Positions 1-7,434 of a stretch of 16,581 nucleotides of DNA are shown one piece after another. Below the pieces are notes generated by a model, which made no database searches, was not told the origin of the DNA, and saw only the letters and a program-made list of their open reading frames with translations. The DNA lies in the NCBI GenBank assembly GCA_041498975.1, contig JBGQJI010000049.1, forward strand, positions 1 to 16,581, read 5' to 3'. This DNA comes from Candidatus Methylomirabilis sp. (lineage in GTDB: Bacteria; Methylomirabilota; Methylomirabilia; Methylomirabilales; Methylomirabilaceae). The position numbers and the translations under genes are program-made. Each line of letters opens with the position of its first letter. Position 1 is the stretch's first letter.

Positions 1-170
1 CTACATCGTGAGGGGTGGGTCAGTGTTCGACGTTCCCGGGGTGAGCACCACGACTGCTGACGTCATGCGAGCGTCTTTGTGAGCCCTGTGCACCGTGGAC
101 TGGGGAAACAATGAGGAGAACGCCCTCTCAGGCTAAAGACACCTGAGAGGGCGTCGATGGTTTCCTCGTG

Positions 171-428
171 CTACTTCTGTTGGTCCGACTGCGGTGACTC
201 CTCAGGAGCCGGCTGATTTTCCTCGGGAGCTGGAGCTTGCTCGAGCTGTTTCTCCTGGACCTGAGCTTCAGGTTGCTCCTCTGGTTGAGGCTCTGGAGCC
301 GATCCCTGATCACTTGTCACCTGGCTGATTGGAGCGGCCGGCTGGTCGTCGGCCTTCACCATCCCTACACCAGTGAACAGCAAACTGGCAAGAGCTACTA
401 CCGCCGAAAGCGCTGTCAGCTTTTTCAT
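171..428 (-). CDS. Small exported, low-complexity P/E/Q-rich protein (85 aa)
   Basis: ATG at 428 lies 8 nt after GGAGG. The N-terminus MKKLTALSAVVALASLLFTGVGMVKA-DD looks like a Sec signal peptide. The mature part is acidic and repetitive (APEPQPEEQP, APAPEENQPAPEE). The ORF-track GTG at 437 abuts the RBS and is a less likely start. Confidence 0.75.
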   Translation of the reverse strand: MKKLTALSAVVALASLLFTGVGMVKADDQPAAPISQVTSDQGSAPEPQPEEQPEAQVQEKQLEQAPAPEENQPAPEESPQSDQQK

Positions 429-453
429 GGATCCCACCTCCTTTCGCTCTCCT

Positions 454-828
454 TCACTTCAGGAGAGCAAGCTTAATCGTCCCGTTGAGCTCTTCGATAC
501 CGCAGGGCTTGGCAAGGACAGCGAAGGCCCCGAGCATCTGGGCTCGTGAGGCTACCTCATGGTCACGGCGGCCAGTGATCAAGACCACCCTGATCCACGG
601 GCAATACGCTCTGATATTCGTGAGAAGCTCAATCCCGTCCATCCGCGGCATCATCAGATCCGTGATGACGAGGTCATAGGCAAACCAAGCCTGCTGCAAC
701 AGGCTCCACGCCCATTTTCCGTCGGGGGCCGTAGTTACTCCATATCCTTGGTGTTCCAGGACATCTGCCAAGATTCGGCGCCCAGCCTCGCTGTCATCGA
801 CCACTAGAATCCTCGTTTCACACGCCAT
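454..828 (-). CDS. Single-domain response regulator (CheY-like receiver, 124 aa)
   Basis: MACETRILVVDD...DLVITDLMMPRMDG...LITG...LAKP carries the acidic pocket, phospho-Asp, Thr and Lys-Pro. The ORF-track extension to 1131 crosses the sigma-54 promoter, so the start is placed at ATG 828. Confidence 0.9.
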   Translation of the reverse strand: MACETRILVVDDSEAGRRILADVLEHQGYGVTTAPDGKWAWSLLQQAWFAYDLVITDLMMPRMDGIELLTNIRAYCPWIRVVLITGRRDHEVASRAQMLGAFAVLAKPCGIEELNGTIKLALLK

Positions 829-876
829 CTTTCCATCCCAGCCCATGCACCCGCCAGTTGGACGAACTCCGTTAAA

Positions 877-892
877 AGCAATGCCCATGCCA
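877..892 (-). promoter_or_regulatory. Sigma-54 (-24/-12) promoter for the receiver gene and small exported protein gene
   Basis: The minus strand reads TGGCATGGGCATTGCT, matching TGGCAC-N5-TTGCW with exact GG-N10-GC spacing, about 50 nt upstream of ATG 828. Confidence 0.85.
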
Positions 893-1001
893 GACCTTTT
901 GGAGGGCGTAGTTGGCTGGGGATGAATCGTAACCGGCGGTGTTTGAAGGCGATTCACGCGAAAGCTTCGGGGATAGGCAAAGTGTCTTCTTCTGCCCCTG
1001 G

Positions 1002-1018
1002 TGGGACAATCTGTCACA
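1002..1018. promoter_or_regulatory. Candidate enhancer (UAS) for a sigma-54 activator
   Basis: Imperfect palindrome TGGGACA-ATC-TGTCACA about 110-125 bp upstream of the -24 element. The same TGnGnCA-N3-TGnCnCA pattern recurs at 1092-1108. Confidence 0.55.
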
Positions 1019-1091
1019 CAGATCCCGTAATGTTTCGGATGAAGCTTTGATGAGACGACGGTTAGAGGGGTGGGGCTATTTTGCGAGGGTA

Positions 1092-1108
1092 TGTGGCATC
1101 CTGCCTCA
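1092..1108. promoter_or_regulatory. Second candidate UAS, overlapping the activator stop codon
   Basis: TGTGGCA-TCC-TGCCTCA has the same palindromic pattern as 1002-1018. Confidence 0.45.
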
Positions 1109-2473
1109 CTCGCTACCGGCCCCCAGATCAATCTGATGCCGTGATGCCAAGCGGTACAGCGTCCGCCTATTGATCCCGAGGAGGTTAGCGGCCAGCTTTT
1201 TGTTCCATCCAGCCACCTTCAGTACGTGTTGAATGTGTCGTTTCTGCATTTCCCTCAGACTCAGGGGACCCTCTGGTGGGGATCCTTCACCGCTCGCCCC
1301 CTGAAGCTTCGGTGGGAGGTCATCAGGCAAGAGGACAGGGCTTCTGCTTAGGGCCACTGCCCGCTCAATGACGTGCTCTAGCTCCCGAACATTCCCCGGC
1401 CAATCGTGCTCGCTCAAGAGGGCCATGGCGTCAGGGGAGATGTGTGAGATATCCTTCCCATTCCGAAGAGCATGCTCGCGAAGAAAATGCTCCGCCAGGA
1501 GGGGAATATCTTCCTTCCGCTCTCGGAGTGGCGGCAGGTTGATCACCACGACGCTCAAGCGGTAGTAGAGGTCCTCACGAAAGTTCCCCTCCTTCATCAA
1601 CGCGTCGAGTTGATGATTCGTCGCGGCGATGACCCGAACATCGAGCTTGATGCCCTCTGCTTCCCCGACCCGCTTGATCTCGCGCTCCTGTAGAAACCGG
1701 AGGAGCTTGGCCTGGACTACGGGTCCAATGTGTGCCAACTCGTCCAGGAAGCAGGTCCCGCCGTCTGCTTCCTCGAGCAGGCCTTTCTTGTTTGCGATGG
1801 CCCCGGTAAAGGCGCCTCTCACATGACCGAACAGCTCGCTATCCAGGAGGGTTTCGGCCAGTGCAGCACAGTCCACAACGACAAAGGGATGCTCAGCCCT
1901 TGGACTATTGTAGTGGATAGCCCTGGCAATCAGCTCCTTACCGGTCCCGCTTTCCCCCTGAATGAGGACCGTGCTCGGGCTTGAAGCCACCCTTGCGATA
2001 ATCTTATAGACCTCCAACATGGGCGCACTCCTGCCCACGATGTTCTCAAGTTGATACCGATCCTTGAGCTCCTGACGGTATCGGATGTTCTCTTTGAGGA
2101 GCCTCTTATGCTCCAATGCTCTTCTTACAGTCAGCTTCACCTCATCGAGCTTAAAGGGCTTGCTAATGTAATCGTAGGCGCCTTCCTTGATAGCCTCTAT
2201 GGCCGTTTCGATCGAGCCGAATGCCGTCATCATGATTACGATGGTTTCAGGGCTAAGGCGCTTGAGAGCCCTCAGCACCTCCAGCCCGTCGAGGTCCGGC
2301 ATCCTGATATCCGAAAGGGCCACCTCGAAGAGAGTTGTCCTCACCCTTTCGAGGGCCTCCCGCCCACTCTCGGCCGACTCAACCCGATAGCCCTCCTTGG
2401 CCATGACCTCTTGGAGAAGCCGGCAGGCCGTCTTGTCGTCGTCCACTACCAACACAGAGATCTGGGTTGACAT
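1106..2473 (-). CDS. Sigma-54-dependent response regulator, NtrC/AtoC/ZraR family (REC-AAA+-Fis HTH)
   Basis: Receiver domain (VVDDD, SDIRMP, MTAF, SKPF), Walker A GESGTGKE, GAFTGA loop, Walker B FLDEL, FREDLYYRL, WPGNVRELE, and C-terminal HTH AANLLGINRRTLYR. Confidence 0.96.
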   Translation of the reverse strand: MSTQISVLVVDDDKTACRLLQEVMAKEGYRVESAESGREALERVRTTLFEVALSDIRMPDLDGLEVLRALKRLSPETIVIMMTAFGSIETAIEAIKEGAYDYISKPFKLDEVKLTVRRALEHKRLLKENIRYRQELKDRYQLENIVGRSAPMLEVYKIIARVASSPSTVLIQGESGTGKELIARAIHYNSPRAEHPFVVVDCAALAETLLDSELFGHVRGAFTGAIANKKGLLEEADGGTCFLDELAHIGPVVQAKLLRFLQEREIKRVGEAEGIKLDVRVIAATNHQLDALMKEGNFREDLYYRLSVVVINLPPLRERKEDIPLLAEHFLREHALRNGKDISHISPDAMALLSEHDWPGNVRELEHVIERAVALSRSPVLLPDDLPPKLQGASGEGSPPEGPLSLREMQKRHIQHVLKVAGWNKKLAANLLGINRRTLYRLASRHQIDLGAGSE

Positions 2474-2476
2474 CGT

Positions 2477-4096
2477 CTAGGCCAATGTAGCCGGCAGGAT
2501 GACGGAAAAGGTGGTACCCGCATCAACCTCGCTTTTCACCTCGATCTTCCCCCTATTCGCCTCCACGATCCGCCGGCAGATCGAGAGCCCCAAACCGGTC
2601 CCTTTCCCGATTCCCTTCGTCGTGAAGAACGGCTCGAAGATGTGGTGAAGGTGCTCGGGAGCAATGCCCCACCCTGAATCCGTCACGCTGATTTCGACAA
2701 AGCCGGCACAGGTGTTTCCATTTACTGATTTCTGATGTGCCTTCCCATCAGGTCTTCTATCAGGCTTCACCCTTTGTGAGAGAATGCGAAGGGTTCCGCC
2801 ACCAGGCATCGCGTCGAGGGCATTCGCAATGAGATTGAGGAAGACCTGCTGGAGTTGACCCGTGTCCCCGATCACCGAGGGCAGGTCAGGATTGAAGTCG
2901 GACACAATCGTGACGCCTCTTCGCGAGAGGACGGGGGCCATGAGCTCCAAAAGTCCCGTAAGAAGTTGGTTGATTTCCACAGGTTTAGAGCTCGGCTCCG
3001 CCGGAGACGAGACCGTGAGAAGGCCCTGAAGGATCTCGACCACACGGGCAATCTGGGTCTCAATGACCATCAGCCGATCCGCCGCTTGCCCATCCAGATT
3101 GCCTTCCCCGAGGAGAAGCTGAACATGCCCAGAGATAGAGTGAAGCGGCGTGCCGATTTCGTGGGCCATCATGGCGGCCATCTGCCCCACCATCGCCAGC
3201 CGCTCGGTCCTGTTAAGCTGTCGTTGAACCTCGAAAAGCGTCGCATGAGCCTGGCGAAGCTCCTCGTGGCGGACCGACAACTCTCGTGTGGCCCCTTCAA
3301 CCTCTGCCTGGAGCTCCCGGTTGAAGTTCTCGATCCGGATGAGCAGCTTCACATTCTCTTCATAGCTCTCCTTGATCCTTCCCAGCATCCGGTTGAAGCC
3401 TTCAGCGAGACGACCCAACTCGTCACCCCGCCCAAGCCTGGCCTCGGCCTTGAGGTCGCCTGCTTCAGCCTTGGACATGGCTCTCATCAGAGCTTGAACA
3501 GGCCGGCTCACGTTCCGCTGGAGATACCATCCCAGCACACCGACGATGAGGATAGAGGCAGCAGCCATAATTGCGAGGGACTGTCGGCGCTCTTTCGCCG
3601 CCAGCCGATCGGCCTTTTCCAAAGAAAACCCGACCCTAATTGCTCCCGCGATCTCCCCTCCCAATCGGACAGGAGCCGTGACGTTCCATAGACGCCGGCC
3701 CCGGAGTTCCTCGAGAGAGGCCACGACATCCCCCTTCCCAACGACTGGCCACACTGGAGGGGCAGATCTCTTCATGGAGGTTCCACCTGTGGAGGCGACC
3801 AGCACCGTGCCTTGCGGGCTAAGGGCAAAGACCTCGATGCTTTCGATGGTCCCTCGAACCCTTTTGATATCCTCCATTTCTCGTCCCAAGATCTCGGGGT
3901 CTTCCAGCTCTTTCCGGGTGCCAATGCTCGCAGCAAGCTCCTGAGCCAGGTTGACAGCCCGCTCCTTCAGGTCCTCCTCGAAGGTCTTCTCGGACAGCTT
4001 CATGTTGAGATAGGTCGAGAGGAACAAGACAACCGCGACGATGAAGACGACTAGGAAAACAATCCTAGCCTGTAAACTGAGAGATTCGAGATGCAT
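2477..4096 (-). CDS. Membrane sensor histidine kinase (2 TM, extracytoplasmic domain, HAMP, coiled coil, HisKA, HATPase)
   Basis: Two hydrophobic segments, HAMP (RPVQAL...GDELGRLAEGFNRM), H-box AHEIGTPL, N-box QVFLNLIANA, G1 DSGWGI, F-box FEPFFTTK and G2 GTGLGL. It ends 3 nt before the activator gene. Confidence 0.95.
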   Translation of the reverse strand: MHLESLSLQARIVFLVVFIVAVVLFLSTYLNMKLSEKTFEEDLKERAVNLAQELAASIGTRKELEDPEILGREMEDIKRVRGTIESIEVFALSPQGTVLVASTGGTSMKRSAPPVWPVVGKGDVVASLEELRGRRLWNVTAPVRLGGEIAGAIRVGFSLEKADRLAAKERRQSLAIMAAASILIVGVLGWYLQRNVSRPVQALMRAMSKAEAGDLKAEARLGRGDELGRLAEGFNRMLGRIKESYEENVKLLIRIENFNRELQAEVEGATRELSVRHEELRQAHATLFEVQRQLNRTERLAMVGQMAAMMAHEIGTPLHSISGHVQLLLGEGNLDGQAADRLMVIETQIARVVEILQGLLTVSSPAEPSSKPVEINQLLTGLLELMAPVLSRRGVTIVSDFNPDLPSVIGDTGQLQQVFLNLIANALDAMPGGGTLRILSQRVKPDRRPDGKAHQKSVNGNTCAGFVEISVTDSGWGIAPEHLHHIFEPFFTTKGIGKGTGLGLSICRRIVEANRGKIEVKSEVDAGTTFSVILPATLA

Positions 4097-4220
4097 CAGA
4101 CACCCTTTTTTCTCCTTACAGGTGAAGACGACGACCTTTGCGCATCAACTGATTTCGCTAACCCCCTCCTACAGGATTACGTAGTCCCGACTGGGAAAAG
4201 GTCACGAAGACGTATTCTGT

Positions 4221-4249
4221 AGGGTACGAATCGGTGTCTGCAAAGTCAA
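4221..4249 (-). promoter_or_regulatory. Candidate sigma-70 promoter of the two-component operon
   Basis: Minus strand TTGACT-17 nt-TACCCT. The palindrome TGACA-N5-TGTCA (4250-4264) lies immediately upstream of the -35 box. Confidence 0.5.
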
Positions 4250-4506
4250 TGACAAGTTGTGTCAGAGCCTTCTGAGTATCATTCGCGACAAGATGGACTA
4301 GCGGTGTTGGGCGGGGCCTGAGAACTTTGGGAGGACAACGATGCAGTGGTACCCTGGCGATAAGAGGCGCCCTCGTGCCCCTGACTTACCCGCCTCTCAC
4401 AACGCGAGCCCCTGACGGATCGCCGGAACGCGGACATCGGCGGGGTGAATCGGGACAGTGACACCGCGCCAGGTCCATCCCAGTCCGGGTCGTCACGTGC
4501 GGGCCT

Positions 4507-4578
4507 CCCTTCCGCGATCAGCTCTGCCACTGTGACGTCAAGGGCCTTCGCCAGCCTCCGCAGGGTACCCAGCCGTGG
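4507..4578 (-). pseudogene. C-terminal fragment of an XRE/Cro-family HTH regulator
   Basis: PRLGTLRRLAKALDVTVAELIAEG matches the typical C-terminal half of an XRE domain. The upstream in-frame sequence has no recognisable first helices. Confidence 0.55.
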
Positions 4579-4921
4579 GCCGATCTCATCGTTCCGCTGT
4601 GTGTCCTGCTCATCGTCTGGGTCTGGTCCCCCATCGACGCCCGGCGCGGTGCTGGTCGATGAATGGAAAGGATCACCCCCACGACCGCAGGGACCCATGG
4701 CCCCTGGTGATTCATGGCCACCAGCCTAAACTTGAGGGCCTTGAACACGCGCACCGCATAGGTGTTGCGCTTCCCGTTTGTGCCTGCTACTGTGTCTATA
4801 GAACGTGTGGCTGTACCCCTCATCTGCGAATGGACCCCGGAGTCAAACGGGGGGAATATCTGAAGCTTGGCAGGGGGGCTGACAACAAGCGTGGTATGCA
4901 CTCGAGATTCAGACACTCATA

Positions 4922-5779
4922 ATGAAGGACGCGATTAAGAAAAAAATCAAGAGGCTTGCACCTAGACCCGTCGTATCAGTGGGACGCTACATTTTCTATC
5001 TTGCCTGTGATGCGATTGACACGCTGCGTGGTCGGCGAGACCCGCTTATCCCTCCCAGAAGGTTGATGTTTGATGGGCCTCGGGACATTTCAGTCTTCAA
5101 GCACAATGGGCAGGAGTTCCTTCGCTACTACATTGAGCTGTGCCATCTGAGACGAGATGCGAAAATCCTGGACGTCGGGTGCGGCATAGGTCGGAAGACA
5201 ACTCCGCTGACGCAATATTTGAATAACGAGGCGATGTACGAGGGTTTTGATATCGTCAAGGCCGGGATCGATTGGTGCGTAGAAAACATCTCTGCGAGAC
5301 ACCCTCACTTTCATTTCCAGATTGCCGATGTCTTTAACCCTCACTACAACGCAAGGGGCAACCACAGGGCAGAGGATTACAAGTTTCCATTCGAGGGTGG
5401 TTATTTCGACCTTGCGACAATAGGTTCAGTGTTTACCCACATGCTGCCCAATGGGGTGGACAACTACCTCGGAGAGGTCGCCCGCGTATTGAGGAAGGGG
5501 GGCAATTGCCTAGCCAGCTTCTTCCTGTGGAACGATGAGGTAAACGAACTCATGAAAGAGGGGAGAAACATAGTAAACTTCCGATACGAGAAAGATCGCT
5601 TTCGCACCGTCAACCCAAATGTGCCCGAGGATAATAGTGTTTCCTATGCGGAATCCTTCGTGTTGGCCCTCTATGAGAAGCACGGGCTAGCCATTGACAA
5701 GCCGATCCACTACGGGTCCTGGTCTGGGAGGAGGGATTTCTTGAGTTACCAAGATATTATCATCGCAACGAAAGGGTAG
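4922..5779 (+). CDS. Class I SAM-dependent methyltransferase
   Basis: Motif I ILDVGCGIGR, then YEGFDI, FDL...SVFTH and EVARVLRKGG. The gene is visibly more AT-rich than the core genes. Confidence 0.9.
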   Translation: MKDAIKKKIKRLAPRPVVSVGRYIFYLACDAIDTLRGRRDPLIPPRRLMFDGPRDISVFKHNGQEFLRYYIELCHLRRDAKILDVGCGIGRKTTPLTQYLNNEAMYEGFDIVKAGIDWCVENISARHPHFHFQIADVFNPHYNARGNHRAEDYKFPFEGGYFDLATIGSVFTHMLPNGVDNYLGEVARVLRKGGNCLASFFLWNDEVNELMKEGRNIVNFRYEKDRFRTVNPNVPEDNSVSYAESFVLALYEKHGLAIDKPIHYGSWSGRRDFLSYQDIIIATKG

Positions 5780-5818
5780 GAATTGGTCGGCGCTGTTCCC
5801 TAATCCTGGCGTTGCGGA

Positions 5819-6070
5819 TCAATCGCACGCCAGGAGGGCACGGTCCCACATCTCCTCCATCATGCAGACCAGCAGGGGCGTTTCCCAGCCCCTCCCACCG
5901 CTCCGTTTCAGGACCACCAACCCGATCTTGTGCTTCCTCCGTCTAACTTCGCTGGTCTCCACTAGCAGCGCCTCCAGTTGGGTGGGGGACAGACCGGCAA
6001 CATGCTTGACCCGGGCCACATACGAGTCAGACCCTGCATCGAGCCGCCCGCGGTGGTGCCCCCCGCGCAG
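5819..6070 (-). pseudogene. Degenerate fragment of a small PD-(D/E)xK-like (Holliday-junction-resolvase-like) mobile-element protein
   Basis: The frame reads LRGGHHRGRLDAGSDSYVARVKHVAGLSPTQLEALL...KHKIGLVVLKRSGGRGWETPLLVCMMEEMW, a D...(E/Q)VK-like layout with R at the E/Q position. An in-frame TAA lies shortly upstream and there is no start codon ahead of the motif. The family call is by recollection only. Confidence 0.4.
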
Positions 6071-6317
6071 AAGGAGGTCCGGGATCCAGCAGCCAGCCAG
6101 GGTGTGGTCCTGTCTTTATCCGAATCGCTACACGTAGTAGCTAGATGCTACGGGGGGATTCCTGTGTCCGTAGGGGTCCCGTCGCCGGTCGCGCCCTGGG
6201 TCACACTTCAAGGTCAGCGTTTGGCGTGCTCGGTCGTTCTACCGCAAAGACCGGACCAAGGAGGAAGACCCGCGACATGACGCTGATTGCCCGTTCTAGC
6301 AAGCCCGGAGGGAAGTG

Positions 6318-6412
6318 TGGCGGAGGCGTGTGAGAGTCGACCCCACCAACCCATTATTAGTGGGTTCGGTGGTCTTGAAGACCAGGAGGACCACTGGGCC
6401 CATTCCGCCTCA
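6318..6412 (-). tRNA. selC: tRNA-Sec (anticodon UCA), full length but degenerate; probable pseudogene
   Basis: The 95-nt minus-strand sequence parses as TGAGGCGG AA TGGGCC CAGT GGTCCT C CTGGT CTTCAAG ACCAC CG AACCCA CTAATAA TGGGTT G GTGGG GTCGACT CTCAC ACGCCTCC G CCA. This gives an 8-position acceptor stem, 6-position D stem with 4-nt loop, UCA anticodon, long variable arm, 5-bp T stem, G discriminator and encoded CCA. Several canonical positions are altered. Confidence 0.85.
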
Positions 6413-6584
6413 AGGCAATAATGAGGCTCTCCCTATTCTGACCAGTACTTCTCTGGCCGGCCGAGCATTACCGACGCCGATTTTTCTAAACACATGCCGG
6501 TACACAGGATACACTGGGCTCAGGCGACCGCGACCTCCACCTCTCTGCAACCTGGAAATTCCTAACAGCAAAGAAAGCAATACC

Positions 6585-6686
6585 TCATGTGCCTGCGGTG
6601 CGCCCATGGGCATGAAAGTCCGTCGGAGGTCCAATTGTGTCCCCTCTCCGCCACTGGGGGAGAGGGGGAGGGTGAGGTGGACTTTC
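6585..6686. repeat. Nested palindromic REP/MITE-like element
   Basis: The hairpin CCCCTCTCC (6641-6649) / GGAGAGGGG (6659-6667) is followed by GAGGGTGAGG. It is enclosed by the inverted pair GAAAGTCC (6614-6621) / GGACTTTC (6679-6686) and preceded by an imperfect TCATG...CATGA hairpin (6585-6615). Confidence 0.6.
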
Positions 6687-6743
6687 GGGGCAATGAGTTG
6701 GGGGTGCGAATACTTCCTGGGATGGCCAAGAGGTAACTCTCAT

Positions 6744-7268
6744 ATGGACATCGTTTCACATGGACTCTGGGGCAGTATTGCCTTCGGAAGAAAAAACAGG
6801 CGGAACTTCTGGCTGGCTTTTTTCTTTGGCATTCTCCCGGATCTTTTTTCCTTCGGTCCATTTTTCCTCGCCGCGTTCCTCGGTCTTGCTGAACGTCCTC
6901 ACTTTTCTCACGAACCCCCTGACCCTTCTCTCATCCCAGCTTACGTCCATCGAGTGTACAGCGTCACGCACAGTCTGGTCGTCTTCCTATTAGCGTTCGC
7001 GCTCATGTGGTTGGTGTTCCGGAAGCCGATCTGGGAGTCTTTCGCCTGGGGGCTGCATATCATCTTTGACATCTTCACGCATTCCTATCGATTTTTTCCT
7101 ACTCCGTTTCTCTGGCCAATTTCGGATTTCAAGGTCAACGGGTGGCCATGGGGAATGCCGGCGATTTTCATCCCGAACGTTGTCCTCCTCGCACTGCTCT
7201 ACGCCTGGTTCTTTCTTCGTCAGCGGAGGGTGCGGACTCATTCATCGCAAGCGTTCTTCCAAAAATAA
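6744..7268 (+). CDS. Membrane-bound metal-dependent hydrolase, YdjM-like (174 aa)
   Basis: MDIVSHGLWG...GILPDL...HRVYSVTHSL...LHIIFDIFTH...FLWP with several TM segments. RBS GAGGT precedes ATG 6744. The ORF-track extension to 6315 overlaps the tRNA and the repeat. Confidence 0.8.
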   Translation: MDIVSHGLWGSIAFGRKNRRNFWLAFFFGILPDLFSFGPFFLAAFLGLAERPHFSHEPPDPSLIPAYVHRVYSVTHSLVVFLLAFALMWLVFRKPIWESFAWGLHIIFDIFTHSYRFFPTPFLWPISDFKVNGWPWGMPAIFIPNVVLLALLYAWFFLRQRRVRTHSSQAFFQK

Positions 7269-7434
7269 GAGGGGGTTCAAGGCCAAAGCCTAAGAACTAT
7301 CCAAGGCCTATTTCGTGGTAGAAACGGGTAGTGTTCGCAGATAGCGGAGTCCTCTCAAACACGTCTAATCTCAAGATCTCGCCTGTCCTCAACAACCTGC
7401 GCCGACTGTGTCAGAGACTACACCTCTCGACCAA

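Noticed and set aside
1..66. 21-codon minus-strand ORF at the window edge
   Set aside because: Too short, with no clear RBS or motif.
829..1131. N-terminal extension of the receiver ORF
   Set aside because: It covers the sigma-54 promoter and candidate enhancer sites and has no domain-like content.
6315..6743. N-terminal extension of the 317-aa ORF
   Set aside because: It runs through the tRNA-Sec sequence and the palindromic repeat. The family motif and RBS begin at 6744.
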